In this document: positions 46,573 to 58,267 of the stretch, in pieces
Numbering within the stretch: position 1 is the first letter of the stretch
How the letters are laid out: every line of letters starts with the position of its first letter
Origin: an uncultured archaeon
Lineage (GTDB): Archaea > Aenigmatarchaeota > Aenigmatarchaeia > CG10238-14 > SCSR01
Assembly (NCBI GenBank): GCA_964400475.1
Contig: CAYNTH010000003.1
Span: 3,283-67,282, forward strand
DNA length: 64,000 nt
Direction of reading: 5' to 3'
Position numbers and translations under genes: made by a program
Notes under the pieces: generated by a model
Told to the model about the DNA's origin: nothing
What the model saw: only the letters and a program-made list of their open reading frames with translations
Databases searched by the model: none

Positions 46573-46788
46573 GTGGTTAAAGATTTCCCGTCAAGTCCGA
46601 TTGAGCGCGTTATAAGAAACTCGGGTGCGGAAAGGGTTTCTTCGTCTGCAGTTAAAGAAATGAAAGATATAATGCTGGATATAGCTGACAAGATATCTAT
46701 TGAAGCGGTTCTGGCCGCCAGGCATGCTGACAGAGTTACGGTCAAGAAAGACGATATAGAACTTGTTACCAGACTTAGTAGAAGATGA
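46573..46788 (+). CDS. Archaeal histone (HMf family)
   Basis: SPIERVIRNSGAERVSSSAVKEMKDIMLDIADKISIEAVLAARHADRVTVKKDDIELV aligns along its whole length with HMfB as I recall it. GTG start after AAGGTG. Confidence 0.9.
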   Translation: MVKDFPSSPIERVIRNSGAERVSSSAVKEMKDIMLDIADKISIEAVLAARHADRVTVKKDDIELVTRLSRR

Positions 46789-46797
46789 TGTGATTAT

Positions 46798-47184
46798 ATG
46801 AAAAAGACAGCAGACATAACCAAGCTGAAGTCGGGCGGGTTCATTATAATTGATGATGTTCCTTGTAAAATCGATAAAGTATCAAAATCGACTTCTGGTA
46901 AACACGGCGCAGCTAAGGTAAGGGTCGATGCCATCGGATTGTTAGACAACAAACGGAGGAGCATAGTTAAACCTTCGGGCGACTCTGTTTATGTTCCTAT
47001 AGTTGATAAGAGGATCGCCCAGGTGCTTTCGATGTCTGGTAATAGGGTTCAATTGATGGATGTTGAGAACTATGAGGTATTTGAATTGGAAATACCCGAG
47101 GAAATAAAGGACGAGATTAAGGCCGGTACAGAAACAAGTTATTTCATTGTTGCAGGAGAGAAGACATTGAAACGAGTTAAATAA
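46798..47184 (+). CDS. eif5a: Translation initiation factor 5A
   Basis: Hypusine-loop motif STSGKHGAAKV. 128 aa, SH3-like plus OB layout. Confidence 0.9.
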   Translation: MKKTADITKLKSGGFIIIDDVPCKIDKVSKSTSGKHGAAKVRVDAIGLLDNKRRSIVKPSGDSVYVPIVDKRIAQVLSMSGNRVQLMDVENYEVFELEIPEEIKDEIKAGTETSYFIVAGEKTLKRVK

Positions 47185-47185
47185 A

Positions 47186-47500
47186 TTAATCCATCACTAC
47201 CTTACAACTCCCTTCAATACATTCGCAATGACCCTGACCACAGTCCATTGTCCCTGGTTCGCATACTTCTGTACAAAATACGTCAGTACAGTCTGGTGCC
47301 TGGTTTCTCGGAATACAAGATGTTGCATGACAGCATGTTGCGGGTACACAATCATTCGATGTTAAGCATCCCTTTTCAAGTGTATTCAACATCCCGACTT
47401 CGCTAAGGAACACGAACGATATTAATATTATCATCAATCCGAGCACGGCCATAACGAATTTGTTGTTCGATTTTTCGAAGAGTTTCTCGGTTTTAGACAT
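47186..47500 (-). CDS. Small anchored or secreted Cys-rich protein
   Basis: 104 aa. N-terminal hydrophobic segment, then 14 Cys in about 65 aa (CLTSNDCVPATCCHATSCIP...CGQGHCECIEGSC). Confidence 0.5.
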   Translation of the reverse strand: MSKTEKLFEKSNNKFVMAVLGLMIILISFVFLSEVGMLNTLEKGCLTSNDCVPATCCHATSCIPRNQAPDCTDVFCTEVCEPGTMDCGQGHCECIEGSCKVVMD

Positions 47501-47559
47501 AGATATTAATTCCCTTTGTTAGTTTATAATTTTTTAAGCAAGGAATGTTAAAATAGATT

Positions 47560-48075
47560 ATGGACTTAAAGGAAAAAAGAAAGCTGATAATGTTTTCAAC
47601 CCTGTTTGGATTGATAATTACTCTTGTATCATCATTACTCATCAATTCCTATGTTATAGGCGAATTTCCTAATATAGTGTTTGTTTCAATACCCATACTA
47701 GGTGTCAGGTATTTTGGATATCCCTTGCCCTGGTTGAAAGAAATCGTATACCCTGGATCACCGAAGAATTTTATATATGTACACCTGTTCATAGATTTCT
47801 TGTTCTGGACTGGATTCGTTGCCCTTCTTAAATTGGCAAAAATGGACTTAAGCGAGCCGAAAAAGAAGATATCGAAAAAGACAACTAGAAAGGATGCCCC
47901 TGTCACAGATATAAATGGAATCGGAAAGAAAACCGCGGAGAAATTGGCCAAAAGTAGAATCAAAACCGTTAGGGGATTATTATCACTGAATCCAGAGACA
48001 TTGGCCGAAAAAATCGACGTGAGTGTGGAAACGGCCAAGAAATACCAGAAGAGGGCCAAGAAAATATCTAAATAG
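47560..48075 (+). CDS. Membrane protein (3 TM) with a C-terminal HhH module
   Basis: Three hydrophobic helices, a Lys-rich linker (EPKKKISKKTTRK), then VTDINGIGKKTAEKLAKSRIKTVRGLLSLNPETLAEKIDVSVETAKKYQKRAKK. Confidence 0.6.
   Translation: MDLKEKRKLIMFSTLFGLIITLVSSLLINSYVIGEFPNIVFVSIPILGVRYFGYPLPWLKEIVYPGSPKNFIYVHLFIDFLFWTGFVALLKLAKMDLSEPKKKISKKTTRKDAPVTDINGIGKKTAEKLAKSRIKTVRGLLSLNPETLAEKIDVSVETAKKYQKRAKKISK
47902..48072 (+). repeat. HhH-module repeat copy 3 (more diverged)
   Basis: Protein-level homolog of the topA and tfb modules. Nucleotide similarity is lower but still visible. Confidence 0.7.
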
Positions 48076-48076
48076 A

Positions 48077-48340
48077 TTATATTCTGAGTCTACCGCCCTT
48101 TAGAATAATCTTTGTTGCCTGTTCTTTGGCTTTTTTATTTATTTTGTATTTGTTTTCATCATCGCCCTGTTTGATCAGACTCTTCTTTTCCAGTTTCTTA
48201 ATGTATCTTTTCACACTCTTCCTCTGACGCCTGGCGAATTTTTGTATAACTTCGTTCTTGTCCACGGATTTCCTTGTAGAACCATCACTCAATGCGTAGA
48301 ATGCCATAAGTACTGTTTTTTCCATTTCCGTGAGTTTCAT
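48077..48340 (-). CDS. Small winged-helix-like DNA-binding protein, hypothetical
   Basis: MKLTEMEKTVLMAFYALSDGSTRKSVDKNEVIQKFARRQRKSVKRYIKKLEKKSLI. The start at 48340 is preferred over 48349. Confidence 0.45.
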   Translation of the reverse strand: MKLTEMEKTVLMAFYALSDGSTRKSVDKNEVIQKFARRQRKSVKRYIKKLEKKSLIKQGDDENKYKINKKAKEQATKIILKGGRLRI

Positions 48341-48464
48341 ATGCAACATATGTTGGGTTTTTCTATAATTAAGTTTTTTGGATTTTTAACTCAATAGGAG
48401 AAACATTAAATTTTTAAAACCTTTTGGTAAAGATTAATTAGTTCGTAATTGCGGTATTTGCCCG

Positions 48465-48749
48465 GTGAAAATGTTGATAACCCAAAAAAAGACAAAAGGT
48501 TCAACTGAGGATACCGTATATGAATACATATGCGAAAATCCCGGACTGTGTACTTATGAGTTGGCCAAAAGGTTGAGGATGAGTGGAGGGAATTTACGCT
48601 CTGCGCTATCGCGGCTGCACAAAAAAGGGTTAGTTTCTTTTAAGTTCGATAAGAAGAACCCCAGAATTAAAAAATTGACTTATCCTGTTGAGTTTAGAGA
48701 ACTCCTTCCTGATGTAATTAAGGATTTGATTAAGAAAAAATTCGGATAG
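48465..48749 (+). CDS. Small winged-helix (MarR/ArsR-like) protein
   Basis: VYEYICENPGLCTYELAKRLRMSGGNLRSALSRLHKKGLVSF. Confidence 0.5.
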   Translation: MKMLITQKKTKGSTEDTVYEYICENPGLCTYELAKRLRMSGGNLRSALSRLHKKGLVSFKFDKKNPRIKKLTYPVEFRELLPDVIKDLIKKKFG

Positions 48750-48780
48750 TTTAATATCATTTGATGAGAGAATATTTTTT

Positions 48781-48960
48781 ATGTCAGATGACAAACTAGA
48801 AGAGATTGAAAAGGAAGTCGTTGAGCAGGAAGATGAGATGGTTGAGAAGGATAAATCAATTTCTGATGAAGGCATTGGTATTGAAGAAAAGGAAGAAGCC
48901 GGTGAAGAGCCGAGACCAGAGATAGAAGATGTGTTGGGCGAAGAAGCTGACGAATTGTGA
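48781..48960 (+). CDS. Candidate 59-aa highly acidic protein
   Basis: Manual translation: MSDDKLEEIEKEVVEQEDEMVEKDKSISDEGIGIEEKEEAGEEPRPEIEDVLGEEADEL. Below the track cutoff. Confidence 0.25.
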   Translation: MSDDKLEEIEKEVVEQEDEMVEKDKSISDEGIGIEEKEEAGEEPRPEIEDVLGEEADEL

Positions 48961-48999
48961 CACCATAAAAATAAATGTAATTAACTCGTTTTTATTTAA

Positions 49000-50211
49000 A
49001 TGAATCTGACGAGAGAATATGTTACAATCATTCTTATAATGATTACCGAGGTTCTCGGGTTTTCATTGATATTGCCATTTCTCCCGTTTTATGCACAGGA
49101 GTTTGGTGCAACCCCCATCCAAATAGGGATGATATTGACATCGTTTTCGTTTTTCCAATTCTTATCAGCCCCTGTAATGGGACGGTTGAGCGATCATTAT
49201 GGCAGAAGGCCTCTTTTGATACTCTCGCAACTGTCTACAATGGTAAGCTTCGTAATATTGGGATTCGCTAATTCATTATGGATGATATTTCTGTCTAGAA
49301 TAGTTGACGGTATGCTTGGTAGCAATTTCACAATAGCGCAGGCGTATCTATCCGACATATCTTCCAACGAGGATAGAACAAAGGCCTTTAGTGTTGGTGG
49401 AATAGCATTTGGGATAGGATTCCTCATAGGACCTGGGGTTGGTGGTTTTTTGGCCAGTATAGATTATTCGATACCATCCTTCATAGCAGCTGGCATAACA
49501 TGTTTGACAATACTGATAACTTTCTTCGTTTTACCAGAAACAGTTAAAAGAAAGAAAAAATTCACCATGGATTTGAGAATCTTCCATCTGGATGATTTTA
49601 GACGATATTTCAAGAAAGAGAGGTTGTCTTACAGATTCTTGCAATTATTTACATACATATTGGCCCATGTTATCTGGACAAGTTCTTTTGCATTATATGC
49701 TGAAAGGCAGATAGGTTTGGGAACGATTGGCGTGGGTTACCTTTTGACGTATATAGGATTGATTAGTATCATACTGCGGGGTGGAGTGTTGCCCAGATTG
49801 ATAGATATGTTCGGCGAGAATGTTTTAAAATACGTTGGAACAATTTCTATCATAATTGGTATGATAGGTACTATTTTCATAAGTAGTTGGGAAGGGTTGA
49901 TATTGGTTGCTACATTCTATTCGTTCGGTAGCGGAATGGTGAGGCCAATAATGTCCAGCAATATATCTAGGTCAGTTTCACATAGAGAACAAGGCGCTGT
50001 AATGGGTGTTTCTGGGTCGCTTGGGAGCTTGGCTCAAATTATAGGCCCCCTTGTCGGTGGTTATACAATAAGTTATTTCTCTGCAGGCGTGGTTGGTGCT
50101 GTATCAGCAGCTGTAATGATAGCTGGTTTGATTTTTATGATGGGGGAAGAGATGAAATATGGAAATTTTAAATTGGGCGATTCATTAAGTTATTTTAGAT
50201 ATTACAGATAA
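49000..50211 (+). CDS. MFS transporter (drug:H+ antiporter-like)
   Basis: 12 TM segments, motif A GRLSDHYGRRPLL. Confidence 0.85.
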   Translation: MNLTREYVTIILIMITEVLGFSLILPFLPFYAQEFGATPIQIGMILTSFSFFQFLSAPVMGRLSDHYGRRPLLILSQLSTMVSFVILGFANSLWMIFLSRIVDGMLGSNFTIAQAYLSDISSNEDRTKAFSVGGIAFGIGFLIGPGVGGFLASIDYSIPSFIAAGITCLTILITFFVLPETVKRKKKFTMDLRIFHLDDFRRYFKKERLSYRFLQLFTYILAHVIWTSSFALYAERQIGLGTIGVGYLLTYIGLISIILRGGVLPRLIDMFGENVLKYVGTISIIIGMIGTIFISSWEGLILVATFYSFGSGMVRPIMSSNISRSVSHREQGAVMGVSGSLGSLAQIIGPLVGGYTISYFSAGVVGAVSAAVMIAGLIFMMGEEMKYGNFKLGDSLSYFRYYR

Positions 50212-50224
50212 GTGGGTTGGTAAA

Positions 50225-50560
50225 ATGGCAAATTGTGCTAAATGCAACAAATCGATAACAGGACTACCGTACACTTGCAGGTACTGTGGTAAGATATTTT
50301 GTCCAGATCACCAGCTACCCGAAAATCACGATTGTGAGGGATTGGAAAAATGGAAGAAAGGTGATTTGAGAGGGTTCAAGAAGGACATAAAGAGTAGACA
50401 GTATACAGCTACGGACATACTCCGTACGAATCCTATAGCAGAACCCATTGGACGAACAAAATTGGATGATTTGAGAAAACTTTTACATGAAAAGCGAAAG
50501 TTAGTAATAATACTTTTGGTTATTATATTCGCCATAGTGTTGATATTGTTGATGCTGTGA
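50225..50560 (+). CDS. AN1-type zinc-finger protein with a C-terminal membrane anchor
   Basis: CAKCNKSITGLPYTCRYCGKIFCPDHQLPENHDC fits the AN1 Cys/His spacing. The C-terminus is LVIILLVIIFAIVLILLML. Confidence 0.6.
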   Translation: MANCAKCNKSITGLPYTCRYCGKIFCPDHQLPENHDCEGLEKWKKGDLRGFKKDIKSRQYTATDILRTNPIAEPIGRTKLDDLRKLLHEKRKLVIILLVIIFAIVLILLML

Positions 50561-50647
50561 AAAAATTTAAAAGCCTTTAAAATCATTTTTATTATCTAAA
50601 ATTAAAGTATTTAGAGCTAAAAATTATTCAAATAAAGGTCGTTGATT

Positions 50648-51064
50648 ATGGTATCTGTTAAAAAGAGGAAGATGATACTTCTTGAGAAACTCGAAATATC
50701 CAGTTTAAAGAAAATTTGTAGGATAGAGAATATATCCTCGGAAGGTACGAAGGAAGAGCTTGTGGAACGGGTTGCTAAGCATTTGTATTTGGCACCGACA
50801 AGGCTTTATGTAAAGAGGCTGGGGCTTAATGAGGAGATATCGCTTTTCAATCACGATCTAGTACCGACCCATAGGATTTTGGAAGACGATGAAAGGAAGA
50901 AGCTGTTCAAGAAATATTCCATAACTCCTAAGAACCTCCCGAGACTGAAGGTAAGGGATCCTGCTGCGATGACTATAGGTGCTAGGAGGGGGGATATAGT
51001 CGAGATAAGTCGGAAAAGTAAAACCGCGGGAGAAATCAAATATTACAGAGTCGTTGTTAGATAA
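50648..51064 (+). CDS. rpoH: RNA polymerase subunit H (Rpo5) with an N-terminal SAP/HeH-like extension
   Basis: The C-terminal ~75 aa (HDLVPTHRILEDDERKKLFKKYSITPKNLPRLKVRDPAAMTIGARRGDIVEISRKSKTAGEIKYYRVV) form the RpoH core. The N-terminal ~60 aa contain LEISSLKKICRIENISSEGTKEELVERVAKHL. Confidence 0.75.
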   Translation: MVSVKKRKMILLEKLEISSLKKICRIENISSEGTKEELVERVAKHLYLAPTRLYVKRLGLNEEISLFNHDLVPTHRILEDDERKKLFKKYSITPKNLPRLKVRDPAAMTIGARRGDIVEISRKSKTAGEIKYYRVVVR

Positions 51065-51111
51065 CTAATTCTACCATTTATTAAAAAAGAAAAAAAAAGG
51101 AAAAGAAATTT

Positions 51112-51444
51112 TTATTTTTTACCTAACTCATATATAGCTTTTAATGAAACAATGACTACTGCTGGTGCTACCAGTGTAGCTATGTTTGTTACTATAGGGC
51201 CTATCAATATTCCAATCGCTGGTAATTCTTCTAGACCAGCTGCTCCTGTGAGAAGCAATGCGATAGAAGCGACTAGGAAATCAGTGACCTCTTTTTCGCT
51301 TATGTTCAATACACCAATTATCACTCCTAGTACTATTAGTGTCATTGCTATTGTTTCTTGGTATAGTGTGCCCATCAATCCTGCTAGTATAGCCAGAACG
51401 ATTCCTATGAGAAAGGACCAGTGTCCTATTTCTGCCTTTTTCAT
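51112..51444 (-). CDS. Hypothetical 3-TM membrane protein
   Basis: 110 aa, hydrophobic throughout. Confidence 0.5.
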   Translation of the reverse strand: MKKAEIGHWSFLIGIVLAILAGLMGTLYQETIAMTLIVLGVIIGVLNISEKEVTDFLVASIALLLTGAAGLEELPAIGILIGPIVTNIATLVAPAVVIVSLKAIYELGKK

Positions 51445-51508
51445 TTAATACACCTAATAATTCTTATTCAATATCCGCTTATAAATATTCACATTTCCAT
51501 TTCAATAT

Positions 51509-53074
51509 CTACAATCCCTTGGAAACATATAGCCCGTCTTTTTTATAACCGTTTTTATAGTAATATTCTCTAACACCAATCCCGCTTATTACAACAATTT
51601 TATCTTTGTCAAATTCATTTTTCGCAATATCTTCCGCCCTTTTCAGCAGTTTGCTCCCGAATCCTTTGTGTTGATAAGCGTGGTCCTTGGATTTTCCTAT
51701 TGGAACCAGCGGGCCGTATATATGTAGTTCCCTTACAATCGCTGACTTTTCCGTTATTTCTGCTCTGAACGGGTCTGACGGGATTCTCAATCTCAAAAAA
51801 CCTATCAAAACGTCATTTTCAACATCTTCATAACTTAAAAATATTTCTTTCCCGCACGATGCATCATATCTCAGTTCGCATAATCTGACATTGTCATAAT
51901 CGACCTTTTCAGAGTGTCCTACTTCTCTATACCGTATCTCCTTTATATCCGTGTTGTTATCAATTGCCGCCCTTTCGGCTAATTCCCGCAGATTGCTCTT
52001 GTCGACTCCCTTCTCGATTTCGTCAACCGATATCGTCCTCTGAACCCTTACAACTCTGCAATATTTTGGTATGTATAACATAACCTTAGACAGCAATTTT
52101 ACAGCGGTGTCAGTATCCAATGGTGTGTATTCACCTCTTTTCCACATCTCGTATAGTTCAGTGCCCTTAACAACAAGGGTTGGATATATTTTCAATGCGT
52201 CTGGTCTGAAATTAGAATTCCCAAATATTTTTCTCATTTGTTTCAAGTCGTTTTCAAAGTCAACGCCGGGCAGCCCAGGCATCATATGATAATTTACCTT
52301 GAACCCCGAATCCTTCAATAATTTTGTAGATTCCGTAACATCCTTAATAGTGTGGTTTCTCCTGCATTTATCCAATACATCAGGATAAATTGATTGTACA
52401 CCCAGTTCAACCATCGTGGTCCCATAGTTCAGCATTTCATCAATGTGATCCTTTTTACAATAATCCGGCCTGGATTCGATTATCAATCCGATACACCTGT
52501 TATCGGACTTTTCATTCATTTTTTTCGCATCTTCTAATGTAGCAGAGTCTACACCATTCATAGAATCGAATATCCTCTTTATGAATTTCCTTTTGTACTC
52601 TTTATTTCTGGCCAGAAAGGTTCCTCCTATAATGATAATTTGAATCTTGTCTGTTGGATGACCCATCATCTTGTATTGTTCTATCCTATTCCGTACCTGC
52701 TGATACGGGTCGTAATCGTTGTGTTTGGCTCTCATTATAGCCGGTTCCGTTCCAATGTAGCTTTGTGGTGAATTTTCACCTCTCGGACAGTAAATACACT
52801 CCCCCGGACATTCACCTGGTTCTGGAACTACTGTTATAATTGTAACTCCGGAAATCGTTCTTACTGGTTTTGTAAGGAGAACATTTCTTAACAGCCTTTT
52901 TTCTTCTCCACCGCATTTTGCTAATATATCTACGTTTGTTGGCATCTTTTCCAATGAATACTTCTTGCACACTTTCTTTGTTAGTTTCCACGCCCTTTTC
53001 TTAGTTAGATTGTTCTCCTTTAGAAGATTTTTAATTATCTCTTCCAAGTGCTCATCTTCGATTTTACGAGACAA
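51509..53074 (-). CDS. elp3: Elp3-type radical-SAM / GNAT tRNA wobble-uridine modification enzyme
   Basis: Radical-SAM cluster CPGECIYCP and a C-terminal GNAT domain (ELHIYG...QHKGFGSKLL). Confidence 0.9.
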   Translation of the reverse strand: MSRKIEDEHLEEIIKNLLKENNLTKKRAWKLTKKVCKKYSLEKMPTNVDILAKCGGEEKRLLRNVLLTKPVRTISGVTIITVVPEPGECPGECIYCPRGENSPQSYIGTEPAIMRAKHNDYDPYQQVRNRIEQYKMMGHPTDKIQIIIIGGTFLARNKEYKRKFIKRIFDSMNGVDSATLEDAKKMNEKSDNRCIGLIIESRPDYCKKDHIDEMLNYGTTMVELGVQSIYPDVLDKCRRNHTIKDVTESTKLLKDSGFKVNYHMMPGLPGVDFENDLKQMRKIFGNSNFRPDALKIYPTLVVKGTELYEMWKRGEYTPLDTDTAVKLLSKVMLYIPKYCRVVRVQRTISVDEIEKGVDKSNLRELAERAAIDNNTDIKEIRYREVGHSEKVDYDNVRLCELRYDASCGKEIFLSYEDVENDVLIGFLRLRIPSDPFRAEITEKSAIVRELHIYGPLVPIGKSKDHAYQHKGFGSKLLKRAEDIAKNEFDKDKIVVISGIGVREYYYKNGYKKDGLYVSKGL

Positions 53075-53930
53075 TTATTTCGCCCTCTTTCTTGAGATCA
53101 TCTTTCAATTTTTCGATATATGCCTCCAGTGGACTTTCATATCCTTTTGTCCTACCAGAATTCCTAGTGTATCCGTGTTTTTTGGCCAATTTCTTTATTC
53201 CTTTTTGTATACCAGAGCTATATTGGAAAGCCTTCTTGGGCATCATTGCTATCTTTTTAGATAATCCACAATCCAACGCCACTTCTCTAAGTATGTGTTT
53301 TCTGATTTCGTCATCTTTACCATTTATCTTCATCTTCACAGGCACCTTAAGCGCAAAATCGATTAATTCCTTTTTTAATAATGGCGTGTCGTATTCAATG
53401 CCGAATCTAGACGACGCCATGTCGAATATCTGTTTTTTATCAAATTCGGCTATCCTAATAGTTTCTAACATGTACTTTTTAATATCATCCTCTTTAGGAT
53501 AAAATCCCAAATATCTATTATAACCGCAAAACAATTCGTCTGCGCCATTGGCGGATATCAATTTTTTTATATCCTTTGTGAATGCTATTTCAAGGACGTG
53601 ATAGAATCCTATAGCTGTGTTCAAACTTGAAAATTTCCTATAATGTATGTTCGCCAACAAATCCTTCAATGTTCTTTCCAATTCTTCCAGTTCTATTTTC
53701 ATATAATTCAGTGGTAATTCTAATTCCCTTGCTGATATCTTGGCTATTTTAATATCCCTGTCCTTCGAAAATGCTACAGTGAAAAGTTCGACGGTTTTCC
53801 CACAATCCTTGGATATTTTGGCCAGTAATGAGCTGTCCACACCACCTGAGAATGATACGCCTATGCGGTCTTCCTCGATATCTCCTATTATTTTGTAGAG
53901 TTTGTTCTTGAGTTCGCTTTTATAATCCAT
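53064..53930 (-). CDS. Asparagine-synthetase-like PP-loop amidoligase (no glutaminase domain)
   Basis: IGVSFSGGVDSSLLAKI PP-loop, NGADELFCGYNRY, and C-terminal MPKKAFQYSSG. Overlaps the elp3 start by 11 nt. Confidence 0.65.
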   Translation of the reverse strand: MDYKSELKNKLYKIIGDIEEDRIGVSFSGGVDSSLLAKISKDCGKTVELFTVAFSKDRDIKIAKISARELELPLNYMKIELEELERTLKDLLANIHYRKFSSLNTAIGFYHVLEIAFTKDIKKLISANGADELFCGYNRYLGFYPKEDDIKKYMLETIRIAEFDKKQIFDMASSRFGIEYDTPLLKKELIDFALKVPVKMKINGKDDEIRKHILREVALDCGLSKKIAMMPKKAFQYSSGIQKGIKKLAKKHGYTRNSGRTKGYESPLEAYIEKLKDDLKKEGEIIVS

Positions 53931-54016
53931 ATTATCCTATGTTAGTTCAGAATTTATTAAAATAACTAAAGGATGTAGCTGTGGCTATCTGAGATTTCCA
54001 TTATTAAATATTCTTT

Positions 54017-54325
54017 TTAGTTGATTTTTCCACCAAGTCTTCTTATTGGATACGTGGCCAATTCTTTGACAGTATCGAGGGTCAATTCATCCGAGTGCTC
54101 TGCGTAGAAATCCTCATGTTCCTTGTTGTATCTACTTTCTACCTTCGGATCCGCTTCTAATACTATGTGCATTCTTATTGCACCGGGGCCCGATTTCGTT
54201 TTGAATCCACATCCGTCTACAGGGCAGACAAACCTTTCGATGACCTCTCCTGCATCGTCTTGTAAAACATATTTCATCAAGTTTTTATCCAATTCTTTGA
54301 GATCTTTTTTACCATATTTGGACAA
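54017..54325 (-). CDS. Hypothetical protein with a CxxxxC...H zinc-finger-like element
   Basis: 102 aa, containing FVCPVDGCGFKTKSGPGAIRMH. Confidence 0.4.
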   Translation of the reverse strand: MSKYGKKDLKELDKNLMKYVLQDDAGEVIERFVCPVDGCGFKTKSGPGAIRMHIVLEADPKVESRYNKEHEDFYAEHSDELTLDTVKELATYPIRRLGGKIN

Positions 54326-54422
54326 AATATCACCAATTAGACATTATATCTGATACTTAAATTCCATTAGGGAATATAGCTAACGCTAATTCGGTAAAGA
54401 AAAAGGAAGTGAAACTACCGTT

Positions 54423-54450
54423 TAGGATCAAACTATTTATCAAGATTTAG
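54423..54450 (-). promoter_or_regulatory. 3' arm of the pre-23S processing stem
   Basis: Complementary to 57563..57590 as 13 bp, a 3-nt bulge, 6 bp, a 3-nt bulge on the opposite strand, then 6 bp. Confidence 0.75.
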
Positions 54451-57562
<3,112 letters not shown>

Positions 57563-57590
57563 CTAAACCTCCTTGATTAGTTTGATCCTA
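57563..57590 (-). promoter_or_regulatory. 5' arm of the pre-23S processing stem
   Basis: The RNA TAGGATCAAACTAATCAAG-GAG-GTTTAG pairs with CTAAAT-CTTGAT-AAA-TAGTTTGATCCTA at 54423..54450. Confidence 0.75.
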
Positions 57591-57965
57591 TGGTAGTATC
57601 ATAATTTGTGGCTCATTTAGACAGTTCGATCCTCACTCATCGGAAAACACACCGTCCTAAGACGGGCTCACTGTGTTTATTACTCCGTGTCAGATACATG
57701 TCTTTTTAATCACAGCCTCAACTCTTCAACCCCGAGGTTCAGTCGGGATTTGCATATTACATAATTTCGCCAAGTGTCGCTTTGCGAATTTATCGTCCAA
57801 AGAACGCTCAATTGCTTTAACGCAACTTACCCGCTTAGCATCGCAAGGTGTCCTTGTCATCATCGAATCAGAAACAGAACACGCTCATCGCTAAGCAAAG
57901 TAGAAAAGTGAGCGTATATATTATTCCTGCATAGCGACACCGACTATCTCTATTATAGTCATAAC

Positions 57966-57973
57966 TATTTAAA
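57966..57973 (-). promoter_or_regulatory. Candidate TATA box for the 23S transcription unit
   Basis: The minus-strand sequence reads CTTTTTAAATAGTTATG. TTTAAATA lies about 380 nt upstream of the processing stem. Confidence 0.35.
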
Positions 57974-58056
57974 AAGCTTTCGTACAGAAATCCAACATGT
58001 CATGTATGTAAATCCCTCTATGTGAATCGATTTAATTCATTGTATGGATCATCATA

Positions 58057-58164
58057 TCATATCTTTATTTTTCCATTCACCATGTGATGCTCTAATTCTA
58101 CGTGTTTTTTGAGTTCTTGTTTAGTTTCGAAAACTGCATCGCAATATATGCAATGCTCTAACAT
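58057..58164 (-). CDS. 35-aa C2H2 zinc-finger micro-protein (copy 1)
   Basis: Manual translation: MLEHCIYCDAVFETKQELKKHVELEHHMVNGKIKI, with C-x2-C-x12-H-x4-H spacing. Confidence 0.45.
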   Translation of the reverse strand: MLEHCIYCDAVFETKQELKKHVELEHHMVNGKIKI

Positions 58165-58267
58165 GATATCTAGTTAAAGATGATATCATGGTAGATAAAA
58201 GTATTGTTATCGCTAGCTTAGTGATAATCCTAGAAGAATAGCTAGTTACTGGACATTACTTAAAAAA

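Noticed and set aside
54326-54422. Looked for a 5S rRNA or tRNA downstream of the 23S.
   Set aside because: The interval is under 100 nt, AT-rich, and has no 5S-like or cloverleaf-forming sequence. It ends in a T-rich tract consistent with termination.
57835-57895. C/D-box sRNA-like elements in the 23S leader (minus-strand CTGA-TTCG-ATGATGA, resembling a D'/C' pair, with GATGAG upstream).
   Set aside because: The terminal C box is imperfect, no D box (CTGA) follows at the expected ~12-nt spacing, and there is no terminal stem. This is insufficient to call an sRNA.
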